Below, piece by piece: positions 1 through 8,626 of a stretch of DNA of 11,137 nucleotides. The translations under genes and the position numbers were made by a program. The stretch lies in the IMG/VR virus record IMGVR_UViG_2554235127_000004, one strand, 5' to 3'. Position 1 is the stretch's first letter. Each line of letters begins with the position of its first letter. The notes under the pieces were generated by a model. That model searched no databases. It saw nothing but the letters and a program-made list of their open reading frames with translations, and was not told where the DNA came from. Origin of the DNA: a virus (lineage: Duplodnaviria; Heunggongvirae; Uroviricota; Caudoviricetes).

Positions 1-166
1 TTATTCGCCAGGTGCTCCCTTTTAATTAACTGTTTTAGCGGAGGATGCGGAAAAAATTCAACTCATTTGTTAATTTTTAAAATTTATTTTTATTTGGATA
101 ATCAAATATTTACTCCGTATTTGCATAAAAACCATGCGAGTTACGGGCCTATAAGCCAGGCGAGAT

Positions 167-215
167 ATGATCTATATCAATTTCTCATCTATAATGCTTT
201 GTTAGTATCTCGTCG
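167..215 (+). promoter_or_regulatory. Candidate FNR-dependent promoter upstream of focA-pflB: FNR box at 167-180, possible -10 TAGTAT at 203-208
   Basis: Sequence ATGATctatATCAA at 167-180 matches the FNR consensus TTGAT-N4-ATCAA at 9 of 10 positions. TAGTAT lies 32 bp downstream of the box centre, the class II spacing. A perfect TATAAT also sits at 190-195. Anaerobic FNR control of focA-pfl is established knowledge; the exact promoter assignment is inference. Confidence 0.45.
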
Positions 216-240
216 CCGACTTAATAAAGAGAGAGTTAGT

Positions 241-1098
241 GTGAAAGCTGACAACCCTTTTGATCTTTTACTTCCTGCTGCAATGGCCAAAGTGGCCGAA
301 GAGGCAGGTGTCTATAAAGCAACGAAACATCCGCTTAAGACTTTCTATCTGGCGATTACCGCCGGTGTTTTCATCTCAATCGCATTCGTCTTCTATATCA
401 CAGCAACCACTGGCACAGGTACAATGCCCTTCGGCATGGCAAAACTGGTTGGCGGCATTTGCTTCTCTCTGGGGTTGATTCTTTGTGTTGTCTGCGGAGC
501 CGATCTCTTTACTTCCACAGTGTTGATTGTTGTTGCCAAGGCGAGTGGGCGCATCACCTGGGGTCAGTTGGCGAAAAACTGGCTAAATGTTTATTTTGGC
601 AACCTGGTCGGCGCACTGCTGTTTGTACTTTTAATGTGGCTTTCCGGCGAGTATATGACCGCAAATGGTCAATGGGGACTAAACGTCCTACAAACCGCCG
701 ACCACAAAGTGCACCATACTTTTATTGAGGCCGTCTGTCTTGGTATCCTGGCGAACCTGATGGTATGTCTGGCAGTATGGATGAGTTATTCTGGCCGCAG
801 CCTGATGGACAAAGCGTTCATTATGGTGCTGCCGGTCGCGATGTTTGTTGCCAGCGGTTTTGAGCACAGTATCGCAAACATGTTTATGATCCCGATGGGT
901 ATTGTAATCCGCGACTTCGCATCTCCGGAATTCTGGACCGCTGTCGGTTCTGCACCGGAAAATTTTTCTCACCTGACCGTGATGAATTTCATCACTGATA
1001 ACCTGATTCCGGTTACGATCGGTAATATTATCGGCGGTGGTTTGTTGGTTGGGTTGACATACTGGGTCATTTACCTGCGTGAAAACGATCACCATTAA
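241..1098 (+). CDS. focA: Formate channel FocA (formate/nitrite transporter family), GTG start
   Basis: From the GTG at 241 the frame encodes 285 aa beginning MKADNPFDLLLPAAMAKVAEEAG, matching FocA as I recall it; multiple hydrophobic helices. The track ORF starts at an ATG at 67, but that extension is an AT-rich leader. A purine-rich GAGAGAG lies upstream of the GTG. Confidence 0.9.
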   Translation: MKADNPFDLLLPAAMAKVAEEAGVYKATKHPLKTFYLAITAGVFISIAFVFYITATTGTGTMPFGMAKLVGGICFSLGLILCVVCGADLFTSTVLIVVAKASGRITWGQLAKNWLNVYFGNLVGALLFVLLMWLSGEYMTANGQWGLNVLQTADHKVHHTFIEAVCLGILANLMVCLAVWMSYSGRSLMDKAFIMVLPVAMFVASGFEHSIANMFMIPMGIVIRDFASPEFWTAVGSAPENFSHLTVMNFITDNLIPVTIGNIIGGGLLVGLTYWVIYLRENDHH

Positions 1099-1152
1099 TG
1101 GTTGTCGAAGTACGCAGTAAATAAAAAATCCACTTAAGAAGGTAGGTGTTAC

Positions 1153-3435
1153 ATGTCCGAGCTTAATGAAAAGTTAGCCACAGCCTGGGAAGGTTTTACC
1201 AAAGGTGACTGGCAGAATGAAGTAAACGTCCGTGACTTCATTCAGAAAAACTACACTCCGTACGAGGGTGACGAGTCCTTCCTGGCTGGCGCTACTGAAG
1301 CGACCACCACCCTGTGGGACAAAGTAATGGAAGGCGTTAAACTGGAAAACCGCACTCACGCGCCAGTTGACTTTGACACCGCTGTTGCTTCCACCATCAC
1401 CTCTCACGACGCTGGTTACATCAACAAGCAGCTTGAGAAAATCGTTGGTCTGCAGACTGAAGCTCCGCTGAAACGTGCTCTTATCCCGTTCGGTGGTATC
1501 AAAATGATCGAAGGTTCCTGCAAAGCGTACAACCGCGAACTGGACCCGATGATCAAAAAAATCTTCACTGAATACCGTAAAACTCACAACCAGGGCGTGT
1601 TCGACGTTTACACTCCGGACATCCTGCGTTGCCGTAAATCCGGTGTTCTGACCGGTCTGCCAGATGCTTATGGCCGTGGTCGTATCATCGGTGACTACCG
1701 TCGCGTTGCGCTGTACGGTATCGACTACCTGATGAAAGACAAACTTGCACAGTTCACCTCTCTGCAGGCTGATCTGGAAAACGGCGTAAACCTGGAACAG
1801 ACTATCCGTCTGCGCGAAGAAATCGCTGAACAGCACCGCGCTCTGGGTCAGATGAAAGAAATGGCTGCGAAATACGGCTACGACATCTCTGGTCCGGCTA
1901 CCAACGCTCAGGAAGCTATCCAGTGGACTTACTTCGGCTACCTGGCTGCTGTTAAGTCTCAGAACGGTGCTGCAATGTCCTTCGGTCGTACCTCCACCTT
2001 CCTGGATGTGTACATCGAACGTGACCTGAAAGCTGGCAAGATCACCGAACAAGAAGCGCAGGAAATGGTTGACCACCTGGTCATGAAACTGCGTATGGTT
2101 CGCTTCCTGCGTACTCCGGAATACGATGAACTGTTCTCTGGCGACCCGATCTGGGCAACCGAATCTATCGGTGGTATGGGCCTCGACGGTCGTACCCTGG
2201 TTACCAAAAACAGCTTCCGTTTCCTGAACACCCTGTACACCATGGGTCCGTCTCCGGAACCGAACATGACCATTCTGTGGTCTGAAAAACTGCCGCTGAA
2301 CTTCAAGAAATTCGCCGCTAAAGTGTCCATCGACACCTCTTCTCTGCAGTATGAGAACGATGACCTGATGCGTCCGGACTTCAACAACGATGACTACGCT
2401 ATTGCTTGCTGCGTAAGCCCGATGATCGTTGGTAAACAAATGCAGTTCTTCGGTGCGCGTGCAAACCTGGCGAAAACCATGCTGTACGCAATCAACGGCG
2501 GCGTTGACGAAAAACTGAAAATGCAGGTTGGTCCGAAGTCTGAACCGATCAAAGGCGATGTCCTGAACTATGATGAAGTGATGGAGCGCATGGATCACTT
2601 CATGGACTGGCTGGCTAAACAGTACATCACTGCACTGAACATCATCCACTACATGCACGACAAGTACAGCTACGAAGCCTCTCTGATGGCGCTGCACGAC
2701 CGTGACGTTATCCGCACCATGGCGTGTGGTATCGCTGGTCTGTCCGTTGCTGCTGACTCCCTGTCTGCAATCAAATATGCGAAAGTTAAACCGATTCGTG
2801 ACGAAGACGGTCTGGCTATCGACTTCGAAATCGAAGGCGAATACCCGCAGTTTGGTAACAACGATCCGCGTGTAGATGACCTGGCTGTTGACCTGGTAGA
2901 ACGTTTCATGAAGAAAATTCAGAAACTGCACACCTACCGTGACGCTATCCCGACTCAGTCTGTTCTGACCATCACTTCTAACGTTGTGTATGGTAAGAAA
3001 ACTGGTAACACCCCAGACGGTCGTCGTGCTGGCGCGCCGTTCGGACCGGGTGCTAACCCGATGCACGGTCGTGACCAGAAAGGTGCTGTAGCGTCTCTGA
3101 CTTCCGTTGCTAAACTGCCGTTTGCTTACGCTAAAGATGGTATCTCCTACACCTTCTCTATCGTTCCGAACGCACTGGGTAAAGACGACGAAGTTCGTAA
3201 GACCAACCTGGCTGGTCTGATGGATGGTTACTTCCACCACGAAGCATCCATCGAAGGTGGTCAGCACCTGAACGTTAACGTGATGAACCGTGAAATGCTG
3301 CTCGACGCGATGGAAAACCCGGAAAAATATCCGCAGCTGACCATCCGTGTATCTGGCTACGCAGTACGTTTCAACTCGCTGACTAAAGAACAGCAGCAGG
3401 ACGTTATTACTCGTACCTTCACTCAATCTATGTAA
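1153..3435 (+). CDS. pflB: Pyruvate formate-lyase (glycyl radical enzyme)
   Basis: 760-aa ORF starting [15 protein letters not shown]. It contains the active-site Cys-Cys motif (IACCVSPM) and the C-terminal glycyl radical motif RVSGYAV. Strong RBS (AGAAGGTAGG) upstream; sits directly after focA as in the focA-pflB operon. Confidence 0.97.
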
Positions 3436-3477
3436 TTAGATTTGACTGAAATCGTACAGTAAAAAGCGTACAATAAA

Positions 3478-3503
3478 GGCTCCACGAAAGTGGGGCCTTT
3501 TTT
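3478..3503 (+). terminator. Rho-independent terminator downstream of pflB
   Basis: GGCTCCAC-GAAA-GTGGGGCC hairpin (8-bp stem with one G-U pair) followed by TTTTTT; a second T-run follows at 3516-3522. Confidence 0.8.
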
Positions 3504-3626
3504 AGCACGAGAGCCTTTTTTGTCAGCTATCTATACTTTAAGGTGACTGCCAAAACAGACTCGACGTAGCCTTCGAGCTGCGCACCAACACGGCCTCAGA
3601 TGGGCCACATCTGGAGAAACACCGCA

Positions 3627-3653
3627 ATGTCAGTTATTGGTGACATTTTTTGA
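3627..3653 (+). pseudogene. pflA: 5' remnant of pflA (PFL-activating enzyme) truncated at the prophage junction: MSVIG then DIF-stop
   Basis: GGAG RBS, then ATG TCA GTT ATT GGT (MSVIG, the N-terminus of PflA as recalled), then GAC ATT TTT TGA and unrelated AT-rich sequence leading into ogr. No PflA radical-SAM CxxxCxxC region follows. Confidence 0.6.
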
Positions 3654-3692
3654 TATCTAATCACATGAAATAAAAGGATTTATTTCTGGTCA

Positions 3693-3712
3693 CGTCCACA
3701 CATTGACCACAT
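3693..3712 (-). other. Two direct repeats TGTGGTCA / TGTGGACG (read on - strand), candidate integrase arm-type binding sites
   Basis: The reverse complement of 3693-3712 reads TGTGGTCA-ATGT-GTGGACG, two copies of a TGTGG(A/T)C motif 12 bp apart, lying 40-70 bp inside the prophage end. My recollection that P2 Int arm sites resemble TGTGGACA is uncertain. Confidence 0.3.
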
Positions 3713-3716
3713 CGAC

Positions 3717-3740
3717 AAAAAAGCCCCTCGACTGAGGGGC
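3717..3740 (-). terminator. Rho-independent terminator after ogr (end of late transcript)
   Basis: Perfect 7-bp GC-rich stem GCCCCTC / GAGGGGC with a 4-nt loop at 3723-3740, followed on the - strand by six T. It lies 14 bp downstream of the ogr stop. Confidence 0.7.
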
Positions 3741-3753
3741 TTTCTGTTTGTAA

Positions 3754-3972
3754 TTACATCCACATAATTTGCTGCCCTGACGGCAACGGGTGCGGCCTTA
3801 CGGCGTGGACTTCTCCCGGCTTCACGATGTATCGCTGTACCGACTCATAAGTGATGAACGTGGCGCTGCAATTCACGTTCTGGCACTGGTGATAACGCTC
3901 TTTTGTCGTGTCAGTGATATAGCGACTTGTACGCGCATGTGCGGCATGCTGGCATAAAGGACAATGAAACAT
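3754..3972 (-). CDS. ogr: Ogr-type zinc-finger late-gene transcriptional activator (72 aa)
   Basis: From the ATG at 3972 the frame encodes MFHCPLCQHAAHARTSRYITDTTKERYHQCQNVNCSATF..., with the CxxC...CxxxxC zinc-binding arrangement of P2 Ogr. The track ORF has a 21-codon upstream extension that runs into the promoter and is probably not translated. Confidence 0.9.
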   Translation of the reverse strand: MFHCPLCQHAAHARTSRYITDTTKERYHQCQNVNCSATFITYESVQRYIVKPGEVHAVRPHPLPSGQQIMWM

Positions 3973-4006
3973 CGCGAGCACCTCTTCCGGTTTTGTTGAT
4001 GGTGCC

Positions 4007-4035
4007 ATTTTAGTTAATTTATCCTTATAAAACAA
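4007..4035 (-). promoter_or_regulatory. Candidate sigma70 promoter for ogr
   Basis: On the - strand: TTGTTT (4035-4030), 17-bp spacer, TAAAAT (4012-4007), about 35 bp upstream of the ogr ATG, in the D-ogr intergenic region. Confidence 0.4.
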
Positions 4036-4053
4036 ACAGATAAATAATAAACA

Positions 4054-5217
4054 TCACTCATCACCTTCTGTTTCGTACTCCACATCAGAAAGCCTGACCT
4101 CAAGCTCTAAGGACGTCGTGAAGCCGCTATTATTCAGAAAATGTGTCACCTTAGTGATTGTCCAGTCCTGCTCGTCTATGACGCGCTTAAAGCCTGACAC
4201 TTTAACCGGTGTTTCCGTGTAAATATCTGCCCGACCGGTAGCCAGGCTGATGGAAAACTCCGCGACGCCCCGTTGCAGTTTGTCCCACTTCGCCTGAGCG
4301 GCGCGCATGGCCTGCGCTTTTGTGGCATATACCGTAGTCAGGGCAAAAACGTTGTCAGCTTCACCGGCCATGTATTCACCTTCGCGCGCTTCCGGTACTT
4401 TTGGCGCTTTCTTCTGCGTGACCGGTTTCGCTTTCGGGTGCTCCAGTGCGCGCAGGTGTTTCTCTTTCTTTTTGCGTTTCAGTTTTACCTTCTGCTTTTG
4501 CGGCTTCGGGTCTTTGGTGTGTAGCCACTTTGCCGTTACGCCGGTGTAGGCTCCACGGTCAGCAATCGCAAAATGGTGACGGTCGCCATCGCTGCGGGTG
4601 ATGGTAATCTGCGGGATTTTCTTACCGCTGGCCGTCACCCCCTGCCCCGCTTTGAGAAACAGCAGTTTTCCCATTTTTACCGACACCTCACCGCCGTTGC
4701 GTTCAGCAAGACGGGTCAGGAATTTCGCATCAGACTCCTGCGACTGGTCGATGTGCGGGATTTTAATTCCGGCCAGTGACGGAGCGACACTGGCTTCCAG
4801 CCTGTTACGGGTGGCTATCGCCTCAACAATCGCACCGAGCGTGGTGTCATGCCAGGAGCCTTCCCGGCGGGAATTGAGCGTCCCGCGAAAATCTGCACTC
4901 CGGGCGCGGATGGTGACCACATCCGGTGCGCCCCGGTGTTCAACCTCATCAACGGTAAATTTCCCTTTGCATACCAGGGCAAAACCTTTCCAGCCGATAT
5001 ACACCGTCAGGACAGCGCCACGAACCGGCAGCCCGACCTGCCCGTCGGCATCGTTCAGTTCAATATCAAGCTGGTCAGCCTCAAAGCCCCGGTTATCCGT
5101 CAGGGTCATGCTCATCAGACGGTCGCTGATATTGCCGGTAATATCCCTGCTGTCGAGCATCAGCATATAATCCGGCGTCAGTGTACTGCCTGCATCAAAT
5201 GTCAGCGCATCCAGCAT
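4054..5217 (-). CDS. D: P2 gpD-like tail protein (late gene D)
   Basis: 387-aa ORF starting MLDALTFDAGSTLTPDYMLMLDSRD, matching P2 gpD in length and sequence as recalled. Its start ATG overlaps the U stop (TAATG). Confidence 0.9.
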   Translation of the reverse strand: MLDALTFDAGSTLTPDYMLMLDSRDITGNISDRLMSMTLTDNRGFEADQLDIELNDADGQVGLPVRGAVLTVYIGWKGFALVCKGKFTVDEVEHRGAPDVVTIRARSADFRGTLNSRREGSWHDTTLGAIVEAIATRNRLEASVAPSLAGIKIPHIDQSQESDAKFLTRLAERNGGEVSVKMGKLLFLKAGQGVTASGKKIPQITITRSDGDRHHFAIADRGAYTGVTAKWLHTKDPKPQKQKVKLKRKKKEKHLRALEHPKAKPVTQKKAPKVPEAREGEYMAGEADNVFALTTVYATKAQAMRAAQAKWDKLQRGVAEFSISLATGRADIYTETPVKVSGFKRVIDEQDWTITKVTHFLNNSGFTTSLELEVRLSDVEYETEGDE

Positions 5218-5696
5218 TATCCCGCCCCCGTCATACCCGTGAATCTGGTCGCCATACTGCCAGCCTTACCGATGAGCGATTCCGCCTGTTTACCGATATC
5301 GCCATAAAGCGCGGCCAGTGATTCATCAACGCGGGTGAGTGACAGCGTAAAATCAATTTTCCGGGGTGTGCCGTCTGCAAAGAAAATACTCCCTGTTTCA
5401 CTCACCCTGCTGATGACATACATGCCGTAAATCATGCCGGTGCCATCCAGCAACGGCCACGCCCGTCCCTCCTCTGCCATCAGCCTGAGCGTGGTCATCG
5501 TCAGCTTGCCGCCGGTCAGTTCGGGATAAAGCACACCGGCCAGCGTCATGTTTTCCTCACCCACACCGAGAAACTGGTAGGCATCCCGTTTACCGATACG
5601 GGAATTTGACGGCCAGCGATAATCTGATTCACGCTGCATGGTCTGGTGTGGCAGCGTCTGGCGCATAAAAACAAACATACCTAACGCGAGCATCAT
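5217..5696 (-). CDS. U: P2 gpU-like tail protein
   Basis: 159-aa ORF in the conserved position between T and D; stop overlaps the D start by 1 nt, suggesting translational coupling. Confidence 0.88.
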   Translation of the reverse strand: MMLALGMFVFMRQTLPHQTMQRESDYRWPSNSRIGKRDAYQFLGVGEENMTLAGVLYPELTGGKLTMTTLRLMAEEGRAWPLLDGTGMIYGMYVISRVSETGSIFFADGTPRKIDFTLSLTRVDESLAALYGDIGKQAESLIGKAGSMATRFTGMTGAG

Positions 5697-5710
5697 TTTT
5701 CGTCACCTCC

Positions 5711-8158
5711 TTAACCGTCATGCATCATGCTGGCACGGGCGCGCGCACGTTTATCCCGCTCGTATTTTTCGAGCGCATCCTGTAACTGGCGGTCGAGCTG
5801 AGTCCCCGGCGCAGTACCGCCCGTCAGACTGATGTGATATTCGTTTTTACTCTGGTCCACATAAGAGCGGCCAGCCGGTGCCGTAACCGGCTGATAAGCC
5901 TGATAGCCTGCATAAGAGCTGGTCGCCGGAATATAACCACCGGTGCCATACGTGGCGGCATGAGTTCTGGCGGCGGTCTGGTCAAGTGTGTCTGACTCTT
6001 TGTTGATAACACCGAGTTTTTCCAGTACCCAGTCAATACCACTGCGCAGTTTGTTGAACGCATTAAGCGGCAGCATCAACGCGTCAGCCAGTGCCTGCCC
6101 GAACATGACGCCCGTGTCACGGCAACGGTTCAGGGTGTCCTGGGTGGCTTTAACCGGGGCGATCAGGTTTTTAAACCACTGCCACGCGGCCTGTAACTTT
6201 TCGCCCAACCAGTCAAACACCGGCTTAAGTGGCGTGAACAGTTCCCCCACCGGCGCAAATGCCGCTTTCAGCCCTTCCACCACACCGCCAAAGAATGCGC
6301 TGACAGGCTCCCAGTATTTACGGATAAGCAACGCCCCGGCGACAATGGCGGCCACCACGGCCACAACCGGCCAGCTAATCGCTCCGATGGCGGTCATAAC
6401 AGCACTGCCAACCGTCGTGAAGATTGCCCCCATTGCGCCTGCTGCCGCGATGATGGCATTGATGCCAGTGATAACCGGCCAGGCTACGAGGCCAATGGCA
6501 CCGATGACACCAATCAGTGCCAGTGCACCACCGACAATAAGTCCGATGGTTGACGCCAGTGATTTGTTTTTCTGGATCCAGCCGTCGAGTTTTAACACAT
6601 ACTTTGTGGCCGTCTGCGTGAGCTTACGCAGTGCGCCTTCCTGCTGGTCAAACAGGTCAGTCCCCACCGCCTCATAAGCGGACTGAAACTCTTTAAAGTC
6701 ACCGCCGAGGTTGTCCTGCATGATATTTACCAGCTCGGCGGTCTTCCCGTCTGAGGCTTTAAACGCAGCGGTCAGTTTGTCCAGCTTTCCGGTTGAGGCG
6801 GCAGTCATCAGCACGGCGGCGGCTGAGCTGGCCTCCTCCCCGAAAATGGTTTTCATGTATTCAGCCTGCTGGGCAGTACCGAGCCGGTTTTTCTCAAAAC
6901 TGGCCTGCATTTCTTTCAGAATGGTAAATACTGGTCGGGTATTCCCCTTACTGTCTGAGGTTTTTACGCCAAGCTCTTTGAGTGCATCCCATGCTTTTCC
7001 CGTTGGTGCCTGCAGGCGACTTAACACGGCACGGCTTCCCGTCCCCGCCATTGAGCCTGTGATTTTTGCATCATGCAGCGCCCCGACCATTGCGGCGGTT
7101 TCTTCAATGCTGACACCGGCATTTTTTGCCACAGGTGCGGCATAGGTCAGCGCATCGCTCATGCCGTCAAAATCGGCGGCGGTTTTGTTCATCGTCATGG
7201 AGAGAACATCCCCGATATGAGCGACCTTATCGTTTGAAAGCTGAAAGGCGGATTTCATCCCCATCAACAGGGCGGCGTTTTCTTCCATCGTGCGACGGTT
7301 CGCCAGCGCCATATTCAGCGTGACCGGCGTTGCCGCCTGAATGGCATCAACATCCCCACCCGCTTTCGCGATGATTATCTGTGCACCGGCCGCATCATCC
7401 GCCGAGGCGGCGGTATTGTCGCCGAGCTGGCGCGCCTGCTTGCGTAGCGCGGCCATTTCGGCGGAGTCTTTTGCCACACCGAGCACGGCCTGTAATTCTG
7501 AGTTTTTCTGCGCAAATTCATAACCGGGCATCAGCAGCTTAACTCCGGCCATCGTTCCCGCCGCCGCAATCCCCACACCGGCAGCGCCCACTGAGGCCAT
7601 ATTTCCGGCCAGTTCCTTGCCGGCCTGATAACGCTGTTTGACTGCGTTAAGTTTTGCCTGTTGCGCACTGACACGCGCCAGCGCGTCACGCTGCCGGTTA
7701 AGCTGTGCGGTGGTTTCACTGATACGGTTTTTCAGTCCCTGCTCATCATGTGCAAGATTGCGGGTATTAATTCCCACAGCGGCCAGTTCCCGCTGCTGGC
7801 GTTTAACGGAATCCGTCAGGCGGTTATATTTCGCCTGTAAGTCCTCCGCCGCACGCTTTGCGGATTCCAGCACTTTCGCCTGAGCACGGGTCGGACGTTC
7901 GGTGTTTTTAAACTGTGTGGCAAGGGCTTCGGCTTCCTGCCGAGCCTTTTCAAGTGCATGACCAGTCACGGCGAGCTGTGCACTGGTCTTGCGAAATCCC
8001 TCAATACGGGATGCCTGACCGTTCAGCTCGCGCAGTGATTTTTGTGTTTCCCGGATATCCCCCGACAGCGATTTGCTCGCTGTGCGGATGGATTTAAACG
8101 GGCGGGATGCCTGGTCAACAGCCCTGAGCAATACCTGTAATTTTACATTGTTACTCAT
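5711..8158 (-). CDS. T: Tail tape measure protein (P2 gpT-like)
   Basis: 815-aa ORF with long Ala/Gln/Arg-rich coiled-coil-like regions and a central stretch of Gly/Ala/Ile-rich hydrophobic segments, typical of tape measure proteins. It follows the E/E' pair. Confidence 0.9.
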   Translation of the reverse strand: MSNNVKLQVLLRAVDQASRPFKSIRTASKSLSGDIRETQKSLRELNGQASRIEGFRKTSAQLAVTGHALEKARQEAEALATQFKNTERPTRAQAKVLESAKRAAEDLQAKYNRLTDSVKRQQRELAAVGINTRNLAHDEQGLKNRISETTAQLNRQRDALARVSAQQAKLNAVKQRYQAGKELAGNMASVGAAGVGIAAAGTMAGVKLLMPGYEFAQKNSELQAVLGVAKDSAEMAALRKQARQLGDNTAASADDAAGAQIIIAKAGGDVDAIQAATPVTLNMALANRRTMEENAALLMGMKSAFQLSNDKVAHIGDVLSMTMNKTAADFDGMSDALTYAAPVAKNAGVSIEETAAMVGALHDAKITGSMAGTGSRAVLSRLQAPTGKAWDALKELGVKTSDSKGNTRPVFTILKEMQASFEKNRLGTAQQAEYMKTIFGEEASSAAAVLMTAASTGKLDKLTAAFKASDGKTAELVNIMQDNLGGDFKEFQSAYEAVGTDLFDQQEGALRKLTQTATKYVLKLDGWIQKNKSLASTIGLIVGGALALIGVIGAIGLVAWPVITGINAIIAAAGAMGAIFTTVGSAVMTAIGAISWPVVAVVAAIVAGALLIRKYWEPVSAFFGGVVEGLKAAFAPVGELFTPLKPVFDWLGEKLQAAWQWFKNLIAPVKATQDTLNRCRDTGVMFGQALADALMLPLNAFNKLRSGIDWVLEKLGVINKESDTLDQTAARTHAATYGTGGYIPATSSYAGYQAYQPVTAPAGRSYVDQSKNEYHISLTGGTAPGTQLDRQLQDALEKYERDKRARARASMMHDG

Positions 8159-8578
8159 TCGTGTTTCCGCTTCGCCGGAGCGCCTTTTCGCGCCATGTGA
8201 TGAGTTCGGTCAGGCTCATGGGATACAGTTCTGATGGCGGCCAGTGAAATACCACTGCCACATCCGCCATCAGGTCATCGACCGAGAGATTTTTCGGAAA
8301 CGTCACTGCACCGAGTTCGGCGACAAAAAACCGACCACCTTACCGGCCAGCGCCACAAGGTCAGGCAGTTCCAGCGCGGCGACTTCCTGCTCGGTCAGCA
8401 TCGGTGCCGTCATGCGCGGCAGCACTTTAATCAGTGCATCGACTTCGGAGTTCGCGACCGCTGCCAGACTGACACCGCGCAGCGTCCCGGCATTGGGTTT
8501 CATCAGCGTGACCTGTTCGATAACCTGCTCACCACGTTTGACCGGATTGTCCAGGGTAATGACATTTTCTTTGTTCAT
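8151..8578 (-). CDS. Tail assembly chaperone fusion E+E' made by a programmed -1 frameshift (about 141-142 aa)
   Basis: I translated the -1 frame by hand from the slippery site: 56 sense codons (VAELGAVTFPKNLSVDDLMADVAVVFHWPPSELYPMSLTELITWREKALRRSGNTNE) with no stop until TAA at 8151-8153. This frame has no start codon of its own. It matches the E/E' arrangement described for P2. Confidence 0.7.
8303..8578 (-). CDS. E: Tail assembly chaperone gpE (91 aa, zero-frame product)
   Basis: ORF starting MNKENVITLDNPVKRGEQ between FII and T, ending at TGA 8303-8305. Confidence 0.88.
   Translation of the reverse strand: MNKENVITLDNPVKRGEQVIEQVTLMKPNAGTLRGVSLAAVANSEVDALIKVLPRMTAPMLTEQEVAALELPDLVALAGKVVGFLSPNSVQ
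8324..8330 (-). other. Slippery heptamer T TTT TTG for the -1 frameshift (E to E')
   Basis: The zero-frame codons GGT TTT TTG place T_TTT_TTG in the X_XXY_YYZ register at E codons 84-85. The -1 frame is open from here to the T start region. Confidence 0.65.
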
Positions 8579-8605
8579 GGTTTTCTCACTTCTGAATCGG
8601 GGTTA

Positions 8606-8626
8606 CCGGTCAGCCTGGCTGACCGG
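8606..8626 (-). other. 21-bp near-perfect palindrome (RNA hairpin) in the FII-E intergenic region
   Basis: CCGGTCAGCC-T-GGCTGACCGG between the FII stop (8634) and the E start (8578). No U-tract follows on the - strand, so it is not a classical terminator. Confidence 0.4.

Noticed and set aside
1174-3426. 750-aa ORF on the - strand exactly antisense to pflB
   Set aside because: It is a mirror of pflB produced by strong codon bias that avoids reverse-complement stop codons. It has no RBS or recognisable start context, and the sense strand encodes an unmistakable pyruvate formate-lyase.
3436-3753. Possible tRNA or recognisable P2 attP core at the prophage boundary
   Set aside because: I saw no cloverleaf-compatible tRNA sequence and could not locate the P2 attP core as I remember it. 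The junction appears to lie in the pflA start region instead, so this phage probably uses a different attachment site than P2.
4273-8097. Numerous + strand ORFs of 60-230 aa overlapping D, U and T (for example 4598-5170, 5988-6677, 6711-7145)
   Set aside because: They are antisense to clearly identified tail genes, have low-complexity Ala/Ser/Pro/Arg-rich compositions typical of GC-rich antisense frames, and lack start contexts.
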